Part shown: piece by piece, positions 18,379 through 27,031 of the stretch
How positions within the stretch are numbered: position 1 is the first letter of the stretch
How the letters are laid out: each line of letters begins with the position of its first letter
Origin: an uncultured Gemmatimonadales bacterium
GTDB lineage: Bacteria > Gemmatimonadota > Gemmatimonadetes > Gemmatimonadales > GWC2-71-9
NCBI GenBank assembly: GCA_963825055.1
Contig: CAWGSK010000012.1
Coordinates: 128,001-192,000 of the forward strand
Direction: 5' to 3'
DNA length: 64,000 nucleotides
Translations under genes and position numbers: made by a program
Notes under the pieces: generated by a model
Told to the model about the DNA's origin: nothing
The model's input: the letters and a program-made list of their open reading frames with translations, nothing else
Databases searched by the model: none

Positions 18379-20003
18379 CGGCGCTCGACTGGGGCATCGT
18401 CGCCCTCTACCTGGCGGGGACGCTCGTGCTCGGGCTGGTGGTGGCGCGCCGGGGGGCGGGCAGCCTGGTCGAGTTCTTCGTGGGTGGCCGCGCCATCCCG
18501 TGGTGGCTCGCCGCCACCTCGATGGCCGCCACGACCTTCAACGTCGACACGCCGCTGTACGTGGCGGGCCGCGTTGCGCGGGCGGGAGTTGCGGGCAACT
18601 GGGAGTGGTGGTGTTTCGCGTTCGCGCATGTCCTGCTTGCCGTACTGCTGGCCAAGCTCTGGCGGCGCGCAGAAGTCGTGACGGACATGGAACTCACGGA
18701 GCTGCGCTACGCCGGACGCCCCGCTGCGGCGCTCCGGGCGACCCGCGCATTCCTGTTCGCGGTCCCCATCAACTGCATCAGCATCGGGTACGGCATGCTC
18801 GCGATGCGCAAGGTCATCGTTGCGCTGGGCCTGCTGGATGGCCTGCCGGCGCTGCCGGGCGACGCGAGGCTCTGGGCCCTGATGCCGATCGTGCTCGTGG
18901 TCCTCCTCTACACCGCGCTCTCCGGCCTGTGGGGCGTGGTCGCGACCGACTTCATCCAGTACTTTCTCGCCCTCACCGGCGCCGTGGTGGTCATGGGGTA
19001 CGCGTTGCACGAAGTGGGAGGGCTCGGCGGCCTGACCGACGCCATCCGGGCCTCGGGACAGGGCGACAAGCTGCGCCTGCTCCCGTCAGGGGATGACGCC
19101 CTGATGCCGCTGTCCACATTCTTCGGATACCTGCTGGTCCAGTGGTGGGCCTTCCGGAACAGCGACGGCGGAGGGATGTTCGTCCAGCGCCTGAGTTCCA
19201 CCGCGAACGAGCGCGAAGCGCGCAAGGCGGCCCATGCGTTCAACATCCTGAATTACGTGGTCCGGACCTGGCCCTGGGTGCTGGTGGGGCTGGCGGCGCT
19301 CGTGATCTTTCCCGGGCTCGACGATCCCGAACTCGCCTATCCCATGATGATGGCGCGGTACCTGCCGGCGGGTCTGCTTGGCCTGGTGCTCGCGAGCCTG
19401 GTCGCCGCGTTCATGTCCACGGTCTCGACCCAGGTGAACTGGGGCGCGAGCTACCTCGTCAACGACCTCTACGCCCGGTTCGCCCCCCCGCAGGACGATG
19501 CGACCCTGCTCCGTGCGGCGCGCTGGGCTACCGTGGGGCTGACGCTCCTCGCCGCCACGGTCTCCTTCTTCATGGACGACGTGGGCACGGTCTTCCGCCT
19601 GCTGATCCTCATCGGGACCGGCCCGGGACTGGTGCTCCTGCTGCGCTGGTTCTGGTGGCGGATCAATGCCTGGGCTGAGATCGCGGCGATGGTCGCAGGG
19701 CTGGTGGTGGCCCTGGTGACCCTGCGCTACGAGCTCACCTTCGGCTGGCGGATCATCCTCACGGCATTCGGGTCGATGGCGGTATGGGTGCCGGTCATGT
19801 TCGCAACCGCGCCGGAGCCCGACGCCAGGCTGGATGAGTTCTACCGGCGGGTCCGGCCCGCGGGATTCTGGGGTCCGGTGCGCCGGCGGACGGGGCTCAC
19901 TCCGCTTGACGACCTGCGGCAGGACGCGGGCCGGTGGCTGTTGTGGGTCGTGGCGATTCTGGGAAGCGTACTCGGGATCGGCTGGCTGCTGCTGGCGGTC
20001 TGA
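18375..20003 (+). CDS. Sodium:solute symporter family protein
   Basis: EFFVGGRAIPWW, SMAATTF, GLWGVVATDFIQ, AAFMST; many TM helices; GTGA overlap with nagZ. Confidence 0.9.
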   Translation: MTALDWGIVALYLAGTLVLGLVVARRGAGSLVEFFVGGRAIPWWLAATSMAATTFNVDTPLYVAGRVARAGVAGNWEWWCFAFAHVLLAVLLAKLWRRAEVVTDMELTELRYAGRPAAALRATRAFLFAVPINCISIGYGMLAMRKVIVALGLLDGLPALPGDARLWALMPIVLVVLLYTALSGLWGVVATDFIQYFLALTGAVVVMGYALHEVGGLGGLTDAIRASGQGDKLRLLPSGDDALMPLSTFFGYLLVQWWAFRNSDGGGMFVQRLSSTANEREARKAAHAFNILNYVVRTWPWVLVGLAALVIFPGLDDPELAYPMMMARYLPAGLLGLVLASLVAAFMSTVSTQVNWGASYLVNDLYARFAPPQDDATLLRAARWATVGLTLLAATVSFFMDDVGTVFRLLILIGTGPGLVLLLRWFWWRINAWAEIAAMVAGLVVALVTLRYELTFGWRIILTAFGSMAVWVPVMFATAPEPDARLDEFYRRVRPAGFWGPVRRRTGLTPLDDLRQDAGRWLLWVVAILGSVLGIGWLLLAV

Positions 20004-20010
20004 GCGTCCG

Positions 20011-21435
20011 TCAGGGCTCACGTCCGGCCTGGGCGAGCAGCTCCAGGCCGTACCGGATCGGGACGGCGTAGACCACCCGCCCCCGGCTTTCCTTCTCCCC
20101 TCCAAATACGACACCGGCCACCGCGCCGTCCGCATCGAAGACCGGGCTGCCGCTCGAGCCCTGTGCGCCGTAGCCGTCCAGCTGGATGAGGCGTGGTACC
20201 GCCTTGCTGACGGTGCCGGCGATCAGCGTGGTCGCGACGCCCACCGCACGCCACCGTCCGCCCATGTCGATGTCGAGCCCGAGGGGAAATCCGATCACGA
20301 CCACCGGGTCGCCGGCGGCGACCGTAGTGCCGGAGGCGGGAAGGCGGACCGTGGGCACGCCCCCGGCCACGTCAACCCGGAGCAGGGCGATGTCCACGTC
20401 CGGATGGAGGGCCACCACCCGGGCGCGAAAATTCTGTCGCGAGCCGTTGAAGATGGCGCCGAGTCGCGCGGGGACCGATCCGGTCCCTTCCTGTACGACA
20501 TGCCGGTTGGTGATGAGGTATCCCCCGCCGCCGTCGCTGGCGATCGCGAAACCGGTCCCGGTCCAGGACTGCCCGTCGGGGAACTGCACGGCGATCACCG
20601 CAACCCCGTCCGCATTGTCCCGTCCGATCGCGGCGGCGTCGAGCGACGCGGCGGAGACGAGCCGTTCGCGGAGGGCCAGCGCGGTGTCGAGGACCCGGCG
20701 CAACTCGGTGATCTCCGTGCCGTCGCCACCATCAGCGATACGTGTCCGCAGCGCGATGGCATCGCGCCGGGCCGCATCCAGCGAACCCTGGAGGGACGCA
20801 ATGTCGGCCTGCACGCCACCAAGGGCCGTGGTGAGGCTGTCGACCCGGTCCAGCAGGTGGGCCCGCTCCGCCTCGACCCGGTCCGCGGCGCGCTTGCTCT
20901 GCCACACGAAGGCGGCCCCGAGCAGGGCGAGGAGCGCGAGAAGGCCCCAGACGGTCCGGTGGCCGGGCGACGCGGCGGGTGGCGGATCGTCATCCATCCG
21001 CATGCCGATGCCGTCCGGCGGAGTCCGTCTGGGTGGCCGCGGTGTTCCTGCCGGAGGGATCGGCATCGGCTCGGGCAGGCCGGGCGGCTCCGGGCCGCCG
21101 CTGAACCCTCCCGGGCCGCGCGGGTCCGGGATGACCTCGAACTCGACCTGCGGGCCGGTGGGGCCGAAGCGCACGAGGTCGCGATGGGCGACGACGTGCT
21201 CACCCCTGAGCGGCCGGCCGTTGACCAGCGTGCCGTTGGTGCTCCCCAGATCACGGAGGATGTAGACGCCGCCCTGCAGAGTGACCGAGGCGTGGCGGCT
21301 CGAGACCTCGAGGTCCCGGTCGGGGTCGAACCGGAGGTCGCATTCCGGGTGCCGTCCCGCCAGCACGAACGGCTGCTCGAATACCGTCACCTGGTTGCGG
21401 CGGGCGCCGGAGCGGAAGGTGCACTGCAGCTGCAT
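20011..21435 (-). CDS. FHA domain - TM - coiled coil - trypsin-like serine protease fusion
   Basis: FHA motifs GR...SSRHA...DLGSTNGT; protease triad TNRHVV / DIALL / GSSGSP. Confidence 0.88.
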   Translation of the reverse strand: MQLQCTFRSGARRNQVTVFEQPFVLAGRHPECDLRFDPDRDLEVSSRHASVTLQGGVYILRDLGSTNGTLVNGRPLRGEHVVAHRDLVRFGPTGPQVEFEVIPDPRGPGGFSGGPEPPGLPEPMPIPPAGTPRPPRRTPPDGIGMRMDDDPPPAASPGHRTVWGLLALLALLGAAFVWQSKRAADRVEAERAHLLDRVDSLTTALGGVQADIASLQGSLDAARRDAIALRTRIADGGDGTEITELRRVLDTALALRERLVSAASLDAAAIGRDNADGVAVIAVQFPDGQSWTGTGFAIASDGGGGYLITNRHVVQEGTGSVPARLGAIFNGSRQNFRARVVALHPDVDIALLRVDVAGGVPTVRLPASGTTVAAGDPVVVIGFPLGLDIDMGGRWRAVGVATTLIAGTVSKAVPRLIQLDGYGAQGSSGSPVFDADGAVAGVVFGGEKESRGRVVYAVPIRYGLELLAQAGREP

Positions 21436-21441
21436 GGCGAC

Positions 21442-22458
21442 CTAGAGCGACAGGAGGAGGAATCCCAGCGCGACGAGGATCAGCCCGATCAGGCCGATCG
21501 CCATCATCCGGCTGGAACTGCCCGGGCTCCTGACCGCCTGGACGACGGGGACCTCTTCCGTCGCCAGGCCCGGCGGCTCCCGGTCGTTCTCGCCCTCCAG
21601 CGGGTGATAGCCTGCCTCGTGGCTGGCGTCCGGGTGGGAGAGGCCCTCCCCTTCGAAGCGCGCGATGACGGCGGTGATGTTATCCGGGCCGCCGCGGGTG
21701 TTGGCGAGCTCGATGAGGCGCGCGGCCAGCTCCACCAGGTCCGGGTGCCGGACGACGAGCGGCCCCAGTTCATCCCGGCGCAACTGCCCGGAAAGGCCAT
21801 CGGAGCAGAGGATGATCGTGTCCCCGGGGCTGAGCCGCTGGAAGGTCAGGTCCACCTTCACTTCGGATTCGGGCCCGAGCGCCTGCAGGATAATATTCCT
21901 CCGCTCGCTCTGCTCCGCTTCTTCTTCGGTGATTTCCCCCGCATCCACCAGGCGCTGCATCAGCGACTGGTCACGGGTGAGCTGGGTCGCGACACCGTCC
22001 CGCACAAGGTACCCGCGCGAGTCGCCGATCTGGGCGAGGTAGAGCACGTCCCCGATGACGCCGGCCACGGTCGCCGTGGTTCCCATCCCCCGGACCTCGG
22101 GGTGCTCAAGGGCATACGTATGGATGCGATGGTTTGCTTCCTCCACCGCCTCGCGGAGACGGGCGGCGAAGCGCTGGGGCGTGAGCTCCGTGTCGGTGCC
22201 CCAGGTGCTGGAGAGGTGTGAGTAGATAACGTCGGTGGCCATCGCGCTGGCGATCTCGCCGGCGGCGGCGCCGCCCATGCCGTCCGCGACCATGAGCAGG
22301 GACCCGCGCGGCCCGAGGACGTGCTCCTTCACCTCGGGATGCAGCGTGGCCCGGCCCGCCGTCAGGTCAGCGACCAGAAAGGTGTCCTCATTGTGGTCGC
22401 GGGTGCGGCCGAGGTCCGTCTTCCCGAAGACCGTGACATGAACGGTTCCCGTAGCCAC
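21442..22458 (-). CDS. PP2C-family Ser/Thr phosphatase (Stp1/PrpC-like) with C-terminal TM
   Basis: R..NED, VADGMGG, MGTT, GDSRGY, CSDGL, GGPDNIT. Confidence 0.93.
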   Translation of the reverse strand: MATGTVHVTVFGKTDLGRTRDHNEDTFLVADLTAGRATLHPEVKEHVLGPRGSLLMVADGMGGAAAGEIASAMATDVIYSHLSSTWGTDTELTPQRFAARLREAVEEANHRIHTYALEHPEVRGMGTTATVAGVIGDVLYLAQIGDSRGYLVRDGVATQLTRDQSLMQRLVDAGEITEEEAEQSERRNIILQALGPESEVKVDLTFQRLSPGDTIILCSDGLSGQLRRDELGPLVVRHPDLVELAARLIELANTRGGPDNITAVIARFEGEGLSHPDASHEAGYHPLEGENDREPPGLATEEVPVVQAVRSPGSSSRMMAIGLIGLILVALGFLLLSL

Positions 22459-22462
22459 GACG

Positions 22463-24031
22463 CTAGTTCGCTGCCTGCCGCATGGTGCTGTCGATCATCG
22501 CGCGAATCTCCCGGTACGTCTCGCGGGGATAGAGCCGATACGCAGTGTCGGCCCAGGCCCGGGCCCGGGCCCATTCCTTGTCCTCGATCCAGGCCTGGCT
22601 CACCAGGCGCGCCGCCTCGGCGCGCACGCTGTCGCTGACGTCGCTCCGGCGGTAGATGACCTCGGCGCGCCGGCGGGCCCGGCTTCGGCTCGCCGGACTG
22701 AAGATACTGTCTGGATCGGGCAGAGTCACAGGGACGGCCGAAGTTGCCCCGGAACGGGGCCGGCCCACGGACTGGTCCGCCGGCTCCGTGATCGGGGGAG
22801 TGCTGTTCCCGGCATCCGGCCCCGGCGTGGTATCCGGGGTCGCCGTATCAGGGGCCCCGGTCGCGCCCGAGAGGGCAGGCACTGAGATCCCCGTGGTGTC
22901 TGCCACCGGGTCCGCCGGGGAGGGCGCCAGCAGGGCGCGCCCGGCAAGGAGCGCGACGATCACGATCGCCGCGCCGAGGACCAGGGGCGCGACACCGCGT
23001 GCGCGGCGCGGGGGCCGTGACACCCGGGTAGGCGGCGGGCTCCCGACGGTTTCCAGCGGCATCGTCGGCGCCTCGCGCGCGGCGGACCCGGGAGCGGCCA
23101 GGGCGGCGACGAAGGCCTGGACGGTGGGGAACCGATCCTCCGGGCGGCGGGCCAGCGCCCGGCCAATGGCGTCCTGCACCTGCGGAGGGAAGTTCATCCC
23201 GGGCCGGGCCTCGTCCAGGCGGAGCGGTGCCTCCGTCAGCCGCTTCACCATCACCTCCTGTGGTGATTCCGCACGGAAGGGCAGGGTGCCGGTCAGCATG
23301 CGAAAGGCGATCAGCCCGAGGGCGTACTGGTCGGAACGCGCATCGACCACCGCGCCCGCGAGCTGCTCGGGACTCATGTACTCCGGAGTGCCCACCACGA
23401 GGCCGGTTCGCGTGACCTGCTGCGCGGCCTCGGCGCCAGCCTTCGCGATGCCGAAGTCCACCACCTTCACGACCGGCCGGTCTCCCGGACCGACCAGCAT
23501 GATATTGTCCGGCTTCAGGTCACGATGCACGATGCCGAGGTCATGGGCCGCCGCGAGCCCGGCAGCGCACTGCTCCAGGACGGGCAGTGCCTGCTCCATG
23601 GACATCGGGCCACCCGCGAGCGCCTCGGTCAGGGTGCCGCCATCGAGGTACTCCATCGCGAGGTAGATCAGGCCGTCGCCGGTTTCGCCGAAATCGTACA
23701 CCAGGCAGACGTTGGGGTGGCTGATGCGGCTGGCGTTGGCGGCCTCACGGTTAAACCGCGCGATCGCGTCAGCATCCCGTGTGAGGGACCGGCTCAGCAC
23801 CTTGATGGCACAGGTACGTCCCATCCGCAGGTGTTCGGCTTCGTATACCACTCCCATCCCGCCTTCCCCGAGCCTCCGGCTGACGTGATAGCGGTCGGCG
23901 ATGACCGCATCGACCAGGTCGCCCTGCGGATCGTCCGCGCGGAGCGCGCTCCCGTCTGCCGGGCAGAATTTCTGGGCGGCACCGTACCGCGCGCCGCAGG
24001 ATGGGCACGTCTTCATGCGGGGCTCGGACAC
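22463..24031 (-). CDS. Hanks-type Ser/Thr protein kinase with N-terminal Zn ribbon and TM
   Basis: CPSC..CPADG; GEGGMGVVY; HRDLKPDN; DFGIAK; GTPEYMSPEQ (alternative start ATG 24016). Confidence 0.93.
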   Translation of the reverse strand: MSEPRMKTCPSCGARYGAAQKFCPADGSALRADDPQGDLVDAVIADRYHVSRRLGEGGMGVVYEAEHLRMGRTCAIKVLSRSLTRDADAIARFNREAANASRISHPNVCLVYDFGETGDGLIYLAMEYLDGGTLTEALAGGPMSMEQALPVLEQCAAGLAAAHDLGIVHRDLKPDNIMLVGPGDRPVVKVVDFGIAKAGAEAAQQVTRTGLVVGTPEYMSPEQLAGAVVDARSDQYALGLIAFRMLTGTLPFRAESPQEVMVKRLTEAPLRLDEARPGMNFPPQVQDAIGRALARRPEDRFPTVQAFVAALAAPGSAAREAPTMPLETVGSPPPTRVSRPPRRARGVAPLVLGAAIVIVALLAGRALLAPSPADPVADTTGISVPALSGATGAPDTATPDTTPGPDAGNSTPPITEPADQSVGRPRSGATSAVPVTLPDPDSIFSPASRSRARRRAEVIYRRSDVSDSVRAEAARLVSQAWIEDKEWARARAWADTAYRLYPRETYREIRAMIDSTMRQAAN

Positions 24032-24178
24032 TGCATGGTGTCGGGGCAGGGGGGCGTGGGTGCCTCCGGGGGAACGGAAGGTCCAGCGGCGGGCCGTCCG
24101 GGGGACCGGGGAGCGTCCCCGGGACGTGGGCGCAATCTACCGGCCGGAAAAATAGGCGTCAACGCGGGCGTGCGAGTG

Positions 24179-24634
24179 CTACGGGCAGGTGGGTGGCTGC
24201 CCTGCCGCGGTTCGTGCGGCGCTCGGGTATGGGATGATGTGTTCCCATTCCGATGCGTCGGAGCGCGCCACGACTGCGACGACGGGCTCCGCATCGCTCA
24301 GGTTGCGCACCTCGTGGGGGATGCCGGGCTCGATGAAAATGAAGTCTCCTGCCGCGTTCTCGACATGCTCCACCAGTCCTTCCCCGTAATCGTGGCGCAC
24401 GCGGCCCTCGAGGATGTACAGCATGACCTCGAAATCGACATGGATGTGGGCGAAGGCCACCGCGCCCGGCGGGATGGTTGCCACGTTCATGGAGAGCTGC
24501 CCGGCCCCGACGTTCCGACCGGACATGCCGGCCTTGTACCGGATGCCGTTCCAGTCCCGGCACAGGCCGGAGCCGCGGATCACGCTGATGCCGGCCTTGC
24601 CCTCCACGACGGGGGGCTGTGGGTCCTCGGACAT
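24179..24634 (-). CDS. Cupin-domain protein
   Basis: AHIH..FE..Y and GDFIFIEPGIPH cupin motifs. Confidence 0.85.
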   Translation of the reverse strand: MSEDPQPPVVEGKAGISVIRGSGLCRDWNGIRYKAGMSGRNVGAGQLSMNVATIPPGAVAFAHIHVDFEVMLYILEGRVRHDYGEGLVEHVENAAGDFIFIEPGIPHEVRNLSDAEPVVAVVARSDASEWEHIIPYPSAARTAAGQPPTCP

Positions 24635-24883
24635 GGATGGCTCCTCCCGTCAGGGGTCGACCGGTGCCAGGGCAGGTGTTCCTGTTGATGGAAGCGGATA
24701 AGGCTGCTCAATGGTACGTAGAGGAAGGTGAACACCGCCTGTGTGCCGGCTCCCTGGTAACGTATCACGGAGGTGGCCGTCTCGGCGACCGTCCCCTCCT
24801 CGACTGCCAGCGCCGTGTGCTGTTCCGGGCCCGGGGGCTTTTCCCGCATGGACCGGCCGAAACGCCGCGCTTACCTTGCACCA

Positions 24884-26914
24884 ATGACACGATCCGCCGT
24901 CCCCCTCCTGCTGTTCGCCGCGGCGTGCGGCACTCCGTCCCTCCCGGCCCCGACCCCGGTTCCCGTCCCCGACACCGAATCCGGTGGCGCATCGGGTACC
25001 CGGCTGCCCCCGGTCACGCCCCGATCGGGCCCGCCCGCCATCCGCGTGGTGTATCCCCCTGAGGGGTCGGTCGTGGCGGTTGATTCCAGCTTCATTTTCG
25101 GCTCCGTCGGCACGGGTGACGCGACGCTGGCCATCAACGGGCGCCCGGTGCACGTCTGGCCGAACGGCGCATGGCTGGCATGGGTGGCGTTCCCCGCCGA
25201 AAGTCTCATGCGGCTCCAGCTCGTCGCCAGGACAGCCACCGAGACCGTCATAGATACGCTGGAACTCCGCCGGCCGGTCACGTCGCGCGCCCGTGACGCG
25301 TTGTGGATCGACGCGGCGTCCGCGACACCGTCCGGACGCGTGTGGTGGCCGGCGGGGGAGTATCTCCCGCTCGCGGTTAGAGCCACCGCCGGGGCGGAGG
25401 TGCGGCTGGTGCTGCCCGACTCCACCGTCATCCCCCTGGTCGCGCGGCCGACCCTCTCCGACGTCTCGTGGGGAACCCGCGCGTTTGATCGCGATACGGG
25501 CAACCTTGCGCGCAGTGTCACGAGTGACCGATACGTGGGTGTGCTCCGCGGGCGCGCCCTGGGTCCGTCTCCCGGCCCGTTCCTGGGCGACACCGCACGG
25601 TCTGCTCCCATCCCCGCCGCGGGATGCGCGGTCACGGACTCTCTGGCGGAACCTCCCGCCGGGTGCGCCGGGGCCGCGCCCGCGCTGCCGGTGATCGAGG
25701 CGATACTCGGCGCCGACACGGTGCGCGCGGAATGGCCGCTGCGACTGGCGCTGCTCGACTCGCTCCCCTACGTGGTGGAGCTGGATGACGATCCGGAAGG
25801 CACGGGTACGACCGACGGCATCACCGTCGGGCGTGCCCGTCCGGGCGCGACCTACAACTGGTTCTTCCCCCGCGGGACACGGACCGAGGCGACGGGACAG
25901 GTGAACGGCAATGTCCGGCTGCGGCTCTCCACCGGGGCGGAGGCCTGGGTCGCGGCGGGAGACGTGAGACCGCTGCCCGCCCGGGTTCCGCTCGATCGTG
26001 CGACGGTCGGGTCGGTTGCCCTCACTGCTGCCGCCGACCGGTTCATCCTGCGTATCCCGGTCAGCCGCCGGGTGCCGTTCGCGGTGAACGAAGAGGCTGC
26101 GTCAATAACCCTCCGTCTCTACCACGCGGCGGGGGACGTGAACTGGATCCGGTACGGCGGGACAGTGCCGGGCATCCGCGCAATCACCTGGTCGCAGGAA
26201 GGACGCGACGAGGTCACCCTCACGGTCTCGCTGGACGAGCGTACCTGGGGCTATCGCACGCGATGGGCGCAGGACGACCTCATGCTCGAGGTCCGCCGTC
26301 CGCCGGCACTGGACGCGGGACATCCGCTCCGGGGCGTGCTGGTGGTGGTTGATCCTGGCCATCCGCCCGCGGGCGCGACGGGGCCGACGGGCCTGCGCGA
26401 GGCCGAGGCCAACCTGGCCGTGGGCCTGCGTCTGCGCGATTTGCTCGCCGCCGAGGGCGCCCGGGTCATCATGACCCGGACCACCGACCGGGACGTGGGG
26501 CTGACCGAGCGCACGCAGCTGGCTGACAGCGTGGGCGCCGATCTGCTCGTCAGCATCCACAACAACGCCCTGCCGGACGGCGTGAACCCGTTCACCAACA
26601 ACGGGGCGAGCGTCTACTACAACCACGTCCACAGCATCCCGCTCGCCCGCGCCGTCCAGGGTGAGCTGGTCCGGGCGTTCGGGACGCGCGACCTCGGCTT
26701 CGGCCGGGGAGACCTGGCCCTGGTGCGCCCCACCTGGATGCCGGCGATTCTCACCGAAGGCCTTTTCATGATGCTTCCCGACCAGGAGGCGGCGCTGCGG
26801 AGCGTGGCGGGGCAGGAAGCATATGCCCGGGCCGTGCGGAACGGGATCGTCTCCTTCCTGCGCTGGCGGGCCGGGGGGGGCACGTCGAGTCCTGCCTCCG
26901 GGGACCTCGATTAG
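24884..26914 (+). CDS. N-acetylmuramoyl-L-alanine amidase (Amidase_3) lipoprotein
   Basis: Lipobox AAAC; VDPGH, E...NL, SIHNNA, LTEG Zn/catalytic motifs. Confidence 0.88.
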   Translation: MTRSAVPLLLFAAACGTPSLPAPTPVPVPDTESGGASGTRLPPVTPRSGPPAIRVVYPPEGSVVAVDSSFIFGSVGTGDATLAINGRPVHVWPNGAWLAWVAFPAESLMRLQLVARTATETVIDTLELRRPVTSRARDALWIDAASATPSGRVWWPAGEYLPLAVRATAGAEVRLVLPDSTVIPLVARPTLSDVSWGTRAFDRDTGNLARSVTSDRYVGVLRGRALGPSPGPFLGDTARSAPIPAAGCAVTDSLAEPPAGCAGAAPALPVIEAILGADTVRAEWPLRLALLDSLPYVVELDDDPEGTGTTDGITVGRARPGATYNWFFPRGTRTEATGQVNGNVRLRLSTGAEAWVAAGDVRPLPARVPLDRATVGSVALTAAADRFILRIPVSRRVPFAVNEEAASITLRLYHAAGDVNWIRYGGTVPGIRAITWSQEGRDEVTLTVSLDERTWGYRTRWAQDDLMLEVRRPPALDAGHPLRGVLVVVDPGHPPAGATGPTGLREAEANLAVGLRLRDLLAAEGARVIMTRTTDRDVGLTERTQLADSVGADLLVSIHNNALPDGVNPFTNNGASVYYNHVHSIPLARAVQGELVRAFGTRDLGFGRGDLALVRPTWMPAILTEGLFMMLPDQEAALRSVAGQEAYARAVRNGIVSFLRWRAGGGTSSPASGDLD

Positions 26915-27031
26915 GTTATGAATGTGGGGCCGGCGCGTGAAACCTTTCGGGGCTCGTTCGTCATAGTGTAGAGGCCCCCTTTGGCCACCCCCTGTTGCCC
27001 ACGGGGCGTTGCCCGGTTCACCGAGGTTCCG

